Source of the DNA: Tetramitus jugosus
Taxonomy: Eukaryota > Protista > Heterolobosea
Reading direction: 5' to 3'
Length of the DNA stretch: 64,000 bases
Assembly (NCBI GenBank): GCA_937625935.1
Contig: OW569365.1
Location: 124,001 to 188,000 of the forward strand
A model generated the notes under the pieces. The model searched no databases. It was not told the origin of the DNA and worked only from the letters and a program-made list of their open reading frames with translations. Position numbers and translations under genes: made by a program. This document shows, piece by piece, positions 22,642 through 32,137 of the stretch (the stretch's first letter is position 1; each line of letters opens with the position of its first letter).

Positions 22642-22662
22642 TTCGAAGGAGTCTCCTTCGAA
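22642..22662. promoter_or_regulatory. Perfect palindromic upstream element of dynamin-like gene 3 (TTCGAAGGAG-T-CTCCTTCGAA)
   Basis: 10-bp perfect arms with a 1-nt spacer, ending 72 bp before ATG 22735. Confidence 0.6.
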
Positions 22663-22734
22663 ACACCAATTTAACTGGGTTCAACAATTTGAAAAGAAGA
22701 ATCACAACACAACAATCACACACGACTTGCCACT

Positions 22735-24693
22735 ATGGACCTACAGAACGAAGATTTAGTTTCCATCCTCACCGATTGTCGAAAGTACTTGACAGAAGAA
22801 CAACAAAGACAATTGAAGTTACCATCCATTGTTGTTGTTGGAGCTGAAAGCAATGGCAAGTCTTCTTTGCTTCAGAGAATCATTGGAATGGAGCTGCTCC
22901 CTACCAATGCACGTGTGTGCACTCGATGTCCCATTGAAGTATCCATCTTGAACAATCCTTCTGTTGAGAACATGTTCAAGTTGTCGATTGTTGAGGTGAA
23001 AGGAGAAGGCTATGAGACGTTCAAGTTTGAAAATGGATCAGAATTCTTTGAGTGTGAAAGTGTTGAAGATATTCGAGGTCAAGTCACTTCAATCGTATCC
23101 ATGTTGTCCAACAACAGAATTCAGGAAGGAAGAACACTTTATGGAACTGATTTTTCTGAAGAGCCAATCAAGATTCAAGTGGAATCATCTTTTTTCGAAG
23201 TGAGCTTGTCCTTCACTGATCTTCCTGGATATAACAACAGCGAGGTATCCAAAGAGAAGGCGTTAAAAACCATTTACAGTAAGGTTCTTTCCGAAGATCA
23301 GCATTCCATTGTTCTTTGGGTCCATCAAGCGACCTGTACTGATGGTAGTACAAGTATCAACAGAGAAAAGTTGAAGCAACTTCTTGGTGAGACTTGGAGT
23401 TCTAGAATTGTGGGAGTTTTAACCAAAGTTGACATGCCAGATGCGTCTGAGATTGCCATCGATATGATGACAAACGAAGACAAGAATGAAATTACATGGT
23501 TTGCGGTTATGAACAAAGGTCAATCCTATGATGACTCCTTCCAAGAAATTGAAGAAAACGAGGATAGAGTGTTGAAGAAAGTGTTGGGTGACCATGTGAA
23601 CGGTGACTTCCTCGGTATTTCCTCTTTGAGACAGCACCTCTCAACAACATTGATCGAGAAAACCAAAGCTCTCTTTCAAGGGAACAAGTTCAATCAATCC
23701 ATCAAGAGAATTTTGAAGGAATGTAACGATTTCTTGGCCAATGAACCAGAGAATGCTTCCTTTGAACAAAAATTCTATGAAATTGTTTCAGAATTGAGGA
23801 CTGATTTGAAGAATGAATTACTAAGCAATTCTGAACTAGCTCGAAACTTGGATGCTCCTCACAAGAAGTTCACCGAATCCTTGAAACTCATGGATCCATT
23901 AGGAGCGGAATCCTTGGATGACCTGTATACAAGGTTCAAGAAAGATATTGAATTCTCAGGAGGATTAGAGAGAGGTGTTTCTTCAAGCCCAAAGCTTCTT
24001 CGAAACCTCACCCAAGGCGTAAGAGACGACATCATCATTCGTACAGACAATTTTCTGGATTCTTTCTTTGAAAACACCTGTAGGAATCTCTCCAACTTCA
24101 TGGGGAACAGTCGAGCATTGAACAAAGAAGACAAGAAGTTTGTTGCCCTATTTGTATCGAAACTTGGACTTCGTGTGGATGGTAGTTACGCTTATCAACG
24201 CTTCACCAAACTAAAAGATCAGGTAAGTGACTTGTTCAAATACTCTGAACATCTACTTTTCCCACCTGAGAGCAATTCGATCTTTGTTGGATTTGAAGAC
24301 CGAATTATCAAACCATTTAACGACGGATTGGATCCAGAAAAACTTGCGACTTACACTCCCGCCAACACCTTTGGCAGAAAAGTTTTCAAACTTGGGGAGA
24401 AGAGTCAAGGAGAAGCGTTTATCAATGTTCTCTCATTCGTTCTCAACCATCTTAGTTCGCTCATCTACTATCTGATTTCAACCTTGCGTTGTTATCTTCA
24501 TGGAATGACCCTTGAAATTGTGGACAAGCTCGCGAATTGCTATGCACCTCTCAAAGAAGAGTTAGCTGCAGTGTACGACAAGAAGAAGAAGGCAGTGTAT
24601 GATGATTACCATAAGAAGAAACCTTTTGTTGTGAAGAAAAAAGCAGATCTAGAGACCCTAACCAACAAGTACCCTGATCTCTTTTTCCATTAG
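22735..24693 (+). CDS. Dynamin-superfamily (Mx/DRP-like) large GTPase, tandem copy 3 (652 aa, intronless)
   Basis: Same G1-G4 motifs; paralog of copies 1 and 2. Confidence 0.93.
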   Translation: MDLQNEDLVSILTDCRKYLTEEQQRQLKLPSIVVVGAESNGKSSLLQRIIGMELLPTNARVCTRCPIEVSILNNPSVENMFKLSIVEVKGEGYETFKFENGSEFFECESVEDIRGQVTSIVSMLSNNRIQEGRTLYGTDFSEEPIKIQVESSFFEVSLSFTDLPGYNNSEVSKEKALKTIYSKVLSEDQHSIVLWVHQATCTDGSTSINREKLKQLLGETWSSRIVGVLTKVDMPDASEIAIDMMTNEDKNEITWFAVMNKGQSYDDSFQEIEENEDRVLKKVLGDHVNGDFLGISSLRQHLSTTLIEKTKALFQGNKFNQSIKRILKECNDFLANEPENASFEQKFYEIVSELRTDLKNELLSNSELARNLDAPHKKFTESLKLMDPLGAESLDDLYTRFKKDIEFSGGLERGVSSSPKLLRNLTQGVRDDIIIRTDNFLDSFFENTCRNLSNFMGNSRALNKEDKKFVALFVSKLGLRVDGSYAYQRFTKLKDQVSDLFKYSEHLLFPPESNSIFVGFEDRIIKPFNDGLDPEKLATYTPANTFGRKVFKLGEKSQGEAFINVLSFVLNHLSSLIYYLISTLRCYLHGMTLEIVDKLANCYAPLKEELAAVYDKKKKAVYDDYHKKKPFVVKKKADLETLTNKYPDLFFH

Positions 24694-24918
24694 TAAAACT
24701 TGTTTTTGGATATAGAGATTCGCGCTTTATTCAACCAATTCACCAAATCAAGCACTACTCTCAATCACTAGATATAGTACAAGGAAGAGTCTGTAGGTAA
24801 ACACAACACACAACACGGGCAAAGCAACAATATGCAGCATCCTAATCATGTATGCATCATCAATGACTCATTCAACCATTTTCCACATAATTCATCATCA
24901 TCATTAGCAGACACAGAC

Positions 24919-26050
24919 TCACTTGTTCGCCACTTGTACCTGAATCGTATGGTCATAGTCAATCGTTGGTATGACAGCACTAATGACCTTCAAGAAGATG
25001 TAGAGATATAAATCAACGCGAACATATCTACCTTCTTCACTCATCCGATCCACCATCTTCTTCATGACATCAGCGTGCTTACATGGATGAATCGAAGCAT
25101 GTGCAGTCGAAAGATGCGGATGCTGTTCAATCGTTACAGTCTTATTCGAATAATCCGTATGAATATCCTCCAAAATCTTTTGAGTGCTCAACGGTTGTCC
25201 ATTCTCATCATATCCAAACAACCACACTCTCGGAGTTTGATAATACTTGTCATACGTAATACTGATATCATATGTTCTCGTTCGCAATATTCCATCGTCC
25301 TCCTCCTCTTCTTCTTCTTTCTCTTCGTCTTTGCTCTGAGCAACAAAAGCACTCGCATTTGGTTTGACAACCAGTGTATCATCATCTTCATCGTCCTGCA
25401 AATCCTGAGCATTGTAATCATCGATATCAATGGCGTCTTCATCATCATCATCATCATCGTCGTCGTCATCGTCATGATTGTGAGCACCTCCAAAATAGGC
25501 ATTATTAATGTTATTGGTCTGATTGTTAATGATTTGGACAGACGATTGAACTTTGCTTGAAATTTCATCAATTTCATCAATTTCGTCATCATTTCTGTTC
25601 AATTTGTTGCCTTGAGAATGAATGTGAGTAGCTACCCAGTCATCACCATCTTCATTCAACACTTGTTCATCATCAACGTCCTCCTTTAATGATTTTGCTC
25701 TTCGCACACAAGGCACTGCAAATTGTGTGTTGTTGTGTCAATATCACAGACATTTGCTTTACAATAGGAAAAATAAAAAGAGCGCGAGCGCTCGTGCAAA
25801 AAAAAACACGCACAACACACTTACCATTTCTCGTAATGAGGAATTGCTTGTCAGGAGGCAAATAATCTTTTCTTTTGGATGGTTCTCCACCGCTCCATGC
25901 CCATGTTGCACACCTCTCTGTAATCAAATCACCTGCCTTGACAAACTCTTCTGGTGTCAATTTTCCTTGATCATAAAAATGAGATTCCTTGGGAACGGCA
26001 ATAAAATATTCTGCAACGCCTTTCCAGACGTTAAACATTGCATAACTCAT
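24919..26050 (-). CDS. ATG3: Autophagy E2-like conjugating enzyme ATG3; intron 25716..25824
   Basis: [26 protein letters not shown] (after splicing), acidic flexible region, [20 protein letters not shown], catalytic [16 protein letters not shown]. Confidence 0.96.
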
Positions 26051-26292
26051 TTTTTTGTTGGTGGTGGTGGTGTTGATTGATAGATGTTGATTTTTTTTTT
26101 CGTCTTTTTGCTTTTTGGCGTTTTTTTGTCTTGTTGCTTCTCGCCTTTGTCGGTGAGTCTAAATATATTTTTTCCAATGTGCATCTCCAATGTCGTTTTG
26201 GAACCTTCTTGTATGAACTTGCTGGCTTTTTTCTGCAGATTCCTTTTTTGCCCGACATCTCCGACAGCAGGAAAAACAACTCCCAAGCGAAG

Positions 26293-27705
26293 ATGAACTC
26301 GAGTGTGAAGCAAGCGCTGATACAGTTACAAAAATGTGTAAAGAGGAGATTTGTTGTCAGATCTATTGCTTCAGATCATTTTCATCTGGAATTTTTGGAT
26401 GAGCTTCGAAATTGTAATGATTTGAAGGAGTCATTTATTGTAATGGATGATCCACCATTGCTATTGAACAAGAGTGATGAATCAAAATCCACAGTGTTGG
26501 ATGATGATATTGGGGATAGATCATTGATTGAAGCAAAGAAGTCCTATCACTATGCACTGACACTGGACCTTTCCAATCAAAGATCAAGCGAGGAGAACAG
26601 TGCAAGATTCTTCTTGCAAAATTACAGTGAAAAATGCCTCTCGTCTAGTGTTGGTGTTTCCATGTTGCCCTACATTGAGAATGGTGTCGCTTGTGGAGCT
26701 TTGATTACCTTGATGTCGAACAGTGAGACTTGTACGATTGACATGAAGGATTCGTTCAAGTCGAAAGAGAGTGATTCAAGAAAGAAGAGTGAATGGGATC
26801 ACGTATTGGCACTTGCATTTACGTATGGAGTCATTGGTATGTGTCCTTCGACAGTTCACAACAGTGATCCTGTGCTATCTGACTTTATGCATCACACGAG
26901 AGAAGAATTGTCGATGCATCAGAAGCTTACGAGAGTGAATCATGGGGGACATGATATTGTTTCACAACAGTTTATGCAAGGGAGCAACTCAATTGTTTTC
27001 TATGCTCCAAGTCTAAAAAGAGAACTTTCAGAAGATGATATGATTCCAGTGTTGAGTCTTGCAGAGCAACCAATCTCAGATGGAAGGATTATTCGACTTG
27101 TGTATCCTGGATCGTTCAACCCGTTGCACTTGGGTCATGTGAAGCTGATACAAGCTGCTTATCAAATTACACGAAGAAACCATCCACAGAGCATCATTCT
27201 CTCGATATTTGAGCTCTCAGCCGACAATGTCGATAAACCATCTCTGGATGAGCATGAAATCAGAAGGAGGCTTGACCAATTTAACATTGAAAACTCAATG
27301 ATGAGTAGGAGTGAAATTGCTCATTTGTTGCTGGAATCTAACTTTGAAAACATGCTTGTTGCCCTCACAAGAGCTCCATTGTTTTTAATGAAAGCCAAAT
27401 TGCTTCCTGGATCTACTTTCGTCATTGGAATGGATACAGCTACTCGCCTCATTGATCCAAGGTACTATGAAAACAGCTTTGAGAAAATGATGGATGCTCT
27501 TGCTCTTTTCAATGAACTCCAGTGCACATTCCTCGTCGCTGGTCGACAAAAACAAAAGGATGACAATGATAAGAGCTTCCAAACCATATCAGATCTCGAA
27601 CTGGACAAAATTGGACAATTTAAGGCCTTGTTCTTTGGAATTCCAGAAGAAGATTTCCGAGTGGATCTGAGCTCATCGGACATCCGAAACTTTGCGCTTC
27701 AATGA
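26293..27705 (+). CDS. Cytidylyltransferase-like (HxGH) nucleotidyltransferase superfamily protein, NMNAT-like, with uncharacterised N-terminal domain
   Basis: YPGSFNPLHLGH, NVDKP, RAPLFLMKAKLLPGSTFVIGMDTATRL, FLVAGR and FRVDLSSSDIR motifs. Confidence 0.82.
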   Translation: MNSSVKQALIQLQKCVKRRFVVRSIASDHFHLEFLDELRNCNDLKESFIVMDDPPLLLNKSDESKSTVLDDDIGDRSLIEAKKSYHYALTLDLSNQRSSEENSARFFLQNYSEKCLSSSVGVSMLPYIENGVACGALITLMSNSETCTIDMKDSFKSKESDSRKKSEWDHVLALAFTYGVIGMCPSTVHNSDPVLSDFMHHTREELSMHQKLTRVNHGGHDIVSQQFMQGSNSIVFYAPSLKRELSEDDMIPVLSLAEQPISDGRIIRLVYPGSFNPLHLGHVKLIQAAYQITRRNHPQSIILSIFELSADNVDKPSLDEHEIRRRLDQFNIENSMMSRSEIAHLLLESNFENMLVALTRAPLFLMKAKLLPGSTFVIGMDTATRLIDPRYYENSFEKMMDALALFNELQCTFLVAGRQKQKDDNDKSFQTISDLELDKIGQFKALFFGIPEEDFRVDLSSSDIRNFALQ

Positions 27706-28254
27706 ATGTTCTGTCCATGTGATGGGCAGTAAGCAACACCACTTGTTTATAGCAGCACTTAAACTCGTCATACCCTTCGAAGTCTCTTTGGAGTTGATTC
27801 TTCTTCTGAATCGGTTTCATCTACAATCCCTTTTCCCTTTCTTTTCTTCTTGATAGTGTCTTTCTTAGAGAAAGGTTCTGTAAATTACAGGACATAAAAT
27901 TTTCCTGTCATTCCTCGTCCACTGTTCAATGCTATTCAATGCAGTTTAGGAAAGTATTCAGATTCTACCTTCAAGTGTCAGGTGTGGTGCGGAGGAAAAG
28001 GTAGGCAAGAGGTCTCGGTACAAAGGAATGTACAACAACCCTGGGTTATAATTCTGTCATGCTTTGCCGAGTGAATAGTTTAACTGCAGATAGCTATGAC
28101 GTTCATTCAGTTTGAACACTCTAATGGATGACGGGATTACCATCAACCTATTGCTCATTTTCAGGTATTTTGGTCGATTCTTCAAGAGCCCAATTCCAAG
28201 GCTTGAAACTCGCATTAGAAGAGATCTTCGATGAGATCATGATTTTTAGCGAAT

Positions 28255-28520
28255 GGGAGCGTCCAGATATTATTTCTTACGGCACCTAGGGAGGGGGTCT
28301 GAGAAATTTATTCAAATATTTATTCACAGGGGGTTAATACTCCTTCGGGTAAAGAGAAAGTCATCAAGACTGACGATGTGGAAGCGCTAAATAGTATCAG
28401 ATATGACCATCCTAGTAGGAGAAATACGGGAACGTTCGCATTTACAGAAAATAGGTTATTCAAATTTATTCAAAACAGGCAAAGAGGGGTCAGAGGTGAA
28501 TATAATATATGGACGCTCCC
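28255..28520. mobile_element. MITE copy 1 (TIR GGGAGCGTCCAGATATTAT / ATAATATATGGACGCTCCC, 3-bp TSD AAT), carrying a ~77-bp templated insertion
   Basis: Terminal inverted repeats; AAT at 28252-28254 and 28521-28523; internal sequence colinear with the copy at 31040. Confidence 0.88.
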
Positions 28521-28615
28521 AATCGTTGATCAGAGGATGTCATACCTGATACTATTTAGCGCTTCCACATCGTCAGTCTTGATGACTTTCTCTTTACCCG
28601 AAGGAGTATTAACCC
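28331..28615. repeat. 77-bp inverted repeat pair (28331..28407 and 28539..28615), 1 mismatch
   Basis: GGGTTAATACTCC...ATCAGATATGAC versus GTCATACCTGAT...GGAGTATTAACCC, compared base by base. Confidence 0.95.
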
Positions 28616-28989
28616 GAATGCGACAACCTTTTCCCATTTTCTACATTCAATGGCCACATTCCTGTCTTGTGGATCGGAACGTTTGTTCAATAACTATAAT
28701 ACAATTTTTTCTATTTCTTCTCGTCCCGATATCGAACAAAAATTGATGTGGTTTGTTTGGAAAAAATGTTTTTTGTCAATTGGACAACCATGCACATTTT
28801 TATGTCAAATCTCCTACACAAAATGTTTATTTTTTATGTCAAACTCAGGTCACTCTCGGGTTTTTCTGAGGTTGATCCTTCCCGTGATTCATTACGACTA
28901 TCGATTCTGTGCGAACAGAATTTGGAACTGATTTGCTTCTACTCCCTGCTCCTCCTTTGTGGGTTGTTCCTTGTCCCACAGTTTGCCTG

Positions 28990-30270
28990 ATCACAGCAGT
29001 TCGACATCTGGATCTATCTTTTGGATGTTCATAGTGATAATATTCTTTGGCTTGTATTTCACGCTTTGGCAGCAAGATTAGAAAAGGTGTTTCCAATCTT
29101 ATGCTTCTTGTCAGCTCGTTGAGCCCCTTTGAGATGTTGGTATCTTGACTCCATAGATTCTTTTAAAAGACTCTTTAGGTCAGATGGCAAGGACACAGTT
29201 TTATCCATCTCCAAGTCGGATCGAATGGATTCACAACTTCTTCTATAAGCATAAGCAAGGAAAACCCTCAAGGTTCTTCGAGTAGAGTATGACGTGAACT
29301 TCATCTGAGTTGGTTCGGCAACCTGGAAATAACCTTGTTAATACAAATAAGATGATCACCGGTGGAAGATGGGAAAATATAACTATGGTAACACTGGGAT
29401 TTGATTCTGAGGAGTACTGACGATCATATCGACTACTTTGTCCATATCAGCCTCATTGGAAAGGCTTTCAGACATCTCAATTACCCTAACTAACCATGTT
29501 TCGTAGTAATTGTAGAATGGGGCATAGTTCTTTGGAAGTGCCGTTCAAATATACTTTGTGCGGTTCTTTCATTTTCCTGATACGGAACTACTCAGGACTT
29601 GGTTAGAGTGGACCTTGATGGAGATGTCCCCCCAATTGGCAAAAGTTAAGCTATCCGGTCTTTGTCCCGTCCACCAAGGGAGTTTCAGATAGGATATATT
29701 TCTCATATTTGAGTACAACACTTGTTCTGCATGAACAAAGGGACCGTGGTGCTTGGCCAAGTTAAGCTTCAGATCATTGAGCATCATGGGATCCATGCGG
29801 TAAAATACTCTTGACTTAATGGGATACAGTTAAATGTGTCCTTTACCTCGAGCTTGGTCCCCAGAACAAAGGAGGAGTAGTAAAACAAAGCTGTAGCGCG
29901 TTTTCCCCTACAATGAACGATTCTGTCAGCTTTGCTGGCTTCATTGGCAAGACGAACGAACTCACAGGGATCCATTTACTTCCTGGTTGGTTTCAAAGAT
30001 ACTTGCACGTTATCTCTCTCTTTCTTCATGTCTTAAAAAACCGGACCCAGAGAGAATTCTTTCAATCTGTCTTATATTCCTAAGTTTGTTCTCATAATGA
30101 AGCTTGAGATCCTCTATCTGCTTGGTTGTTGCAGTTGAGAGCTTCTTAATGAATTTTCACTTCTTCTATCTATCTCTCATAGTTATACTTGAGAGCATCC
30201 TTCTGCCTCTCATTATTGACCTTAAGTTCCTCCGTTTGTTTTTCGTACCTAGGGAATTCTTGAGTTCATA
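28990..30270 (-). pseudogene. Decayed ORF with N-terminal ~11-aa coiled-coil repeats (YE[K/R]QxE[E/D]LK), interrupted by stops and frameshifts; family unknown
   Basis: The minus strand reads YEKQTEELKVNNERQKDALKYNYER*IEEVKIH* / KQIEDLKLHYENKL, followed by overlapping short ORFs in shifting frames (29784..29975, 29569..29796, 29059..29304, 28845..29096). Confidence 0.5.
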
Positions 30271-30722
30271 AATATAAAATTATATTTTATTTAATGAAAA
30301 TTTTATTGATTACTAATTATCGTGTATGATGGATGTTATTGATGGTGAGTTCACACTATTTGGACAATTGCAATACGAATCACTAGGTAGTTTCTATGAT
30401 CAATAGGCCGGAAGCTCTGTTTCTTTATGGAGAACAATTTTTTTCGATAGCACTTCCATAACATCCAAATAAAGGTACAATACTAGCTCTAGCTTCTTAA
30501 CTTCTTATGGCTCTAATAAAAATTTATGAGTTAGCTGATGTCATCGACTGTTGTGCTGGAACTGGTGGGTAACCGTAGGAGCGGGCCTTGACACGGCTTA
30601 AATATCGACCCTTGTACACACTTAGAGGTCCAGCACAACCGATATACAGACGCCCCTCATCATCGCCCAGTGACAAGATGACAACAACTTCCTTTTTTCA
30701 CACAAACAAACAAAATAACATC

Positions 30723-31526
30723 ATGAAAAGACAGACCACAACGAAAACCTACATTCAAAGATGACTTTTTCTATTATACCAACGACTCTCAAAGTGTCAC
30801 TTCATCCCAACAGCAAGACTCATCCCAAAACATTGATGCTACGCCAACAACCAACACAAACAAAACTGCATCGAGGGACCGTGAACCTCAACCAACAACA
30901 GAGCAACCCCAACCTCAACCACGGACTAATAGGCCTCATCAACAAAAAAGAGCAAGCTAATAGAATCAACTGGTTTTGTATTTACTCAAAGATATTTACA
31001 AATTACCCAATGATGTGGTTTATCCTCTAAAGGAAAACAGGGAGCCTCCAGATATTATTTCTTACGGCCCCCTAGGGAGGGGTCTGAGAAATTTATTCAA
31101 ATATTTATTCATAGGGGATCTCTTAATCCCAGTTCTAGTAGGAGAATTAATGTAACGTTCGAATTTACTGGAAAATGTACAATTCAAATTTATTCAAAAC
31201 AGGCAGGGAGGGGGTCAGATGTGAACATAATATCTGGACTCTCCCACACTGATTAGATAATATTCCACTAATTGCAGATGATTATACAAAGAATAGGTCA
31301 GGTTGATGTCTTCAACATGAACATGGTCAATGAAAAGTCATTATATAGGAATGCTTCCTGCAGACGTTGTTGCTTCTATGTAATGTTGAAGATGGTCCTT
31401 GTGAATAGTTGGATCTACAATACATACGTTTGTCGCAAATACAATAGTGTTCTGACTGAGACATTTACCCAGCAGGACTTTTGGTTAGACTGCGTGATTA
31501 GCTCTGTAGAGGATATGTACAAGTGA
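30723..31526 (+). pseudogene. piggyBac-like (DDE_Tnp_1_7-type) transposase relic, internally deleted, frameshifted and interrupted by a MITE
   Basis: Across one frameshift it reads IPLIADDYTKN/xGQVDVFN...RNASCRRCCFYVMLKMVLVNSWIY...TQQDF. This matches the piggyBac pattern PxxxxxYNxxMGGVD...R...W...F..LL....NA.I.Y. A low-complexity N-terminal remnant lies upstream. Confidence 0.7.
31040..31245. mobile_element. MITE copy 2 (206 bp; TIR GGGAGCCTCCAGATATTAT / ATAATATCTGGACTCTCCC; 3-bp TSD ACA)
   Basis: TIRs; ACA at 31037-31039 and 31246-31248; homologous to 28255..28520. Confidence 0.9.
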
Positions 31527-32099
31527 AAAAGAATGGTGAGCAGGTCAAGAAAGAAGAAAGGAGAAGGAACTAGTTGGTGGTTGACCGAACATACCTCTTT
31601 CCTTTTCCGTTCGGGTACTTAATTTCAATAACTATAAATTTCTTTTGTTTGATTTTACTGTAAAGCTTGGTCAAGTACATCTGCTTCCCTTTCTTTGAAC
31701 TTGACATCCAGAATCAAATTCCTGAGACAAGGTGAATCGACTTTTGCACTTCGCTATCAATCATTTGAATCTTCTCTTCTTCTTCAAATCCAGTGCCACT
31801 CCAGCTTCGAGAGGAAGTCAGGAAAAGCAAGGCATGTATGAATGAAAAAACTGGAGAAGATCCTGAACAATCTCGAAGCAGTTTTGTACTGTCAGTCAAA
31901 GTGGAAACCATTACCTCAAGTGTTGTCGCAGATAAATCAATGAAAATTGTATTGTTGTTGAATTCGTGTACAAAGAGAAGCTCCTGCCTTTTTGATCTAT
32001 CTGGTGCATTTGCTCCCAACCAGCCGGTGGTTCGGTTAATCAAACCTGTTAGCTCCTTGTTTGTAAACCAAGAAATTGTTGTAAAAACAAATTTCCTCC

Positions 32100-32137
32100 C
32101 GCCTCTTTCTTCGCGCCTGTTTCTTCGCGCCTGTTTC
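32100..32137. repeat. Short tandem repeat, 15-bp unit (CGCCTGTTTCTTCG[C]) x ~2.5
   Basis: Direct reading: cgcctctttcttcgcgcctgtttcttcgcgcctgtttc. Confidence 0.7.

Noticed and set aside
27890-28250. Coding-looking stretch left of MITE 1
   Set aside because: Stops in the frames read and no identifiable family.
28255-28615. CRISPR-like or LTR interpretation of the repeats
   Set aside because: The repeats are inverted, not regularly spaced direct repeats; no cas, gag or pol sequences.
30550-30640. tRNA gene
   Set aside because: An acceptor-like stem is present, but there is no GTTCRA T-loop or proper D/anticodon arms.
28686-31637. 14-bp direct repeat TTCAATAACTATAA at 28686 and 31624
   Set aside because: AT-rich and short; does not coincide with clear element boundaries.
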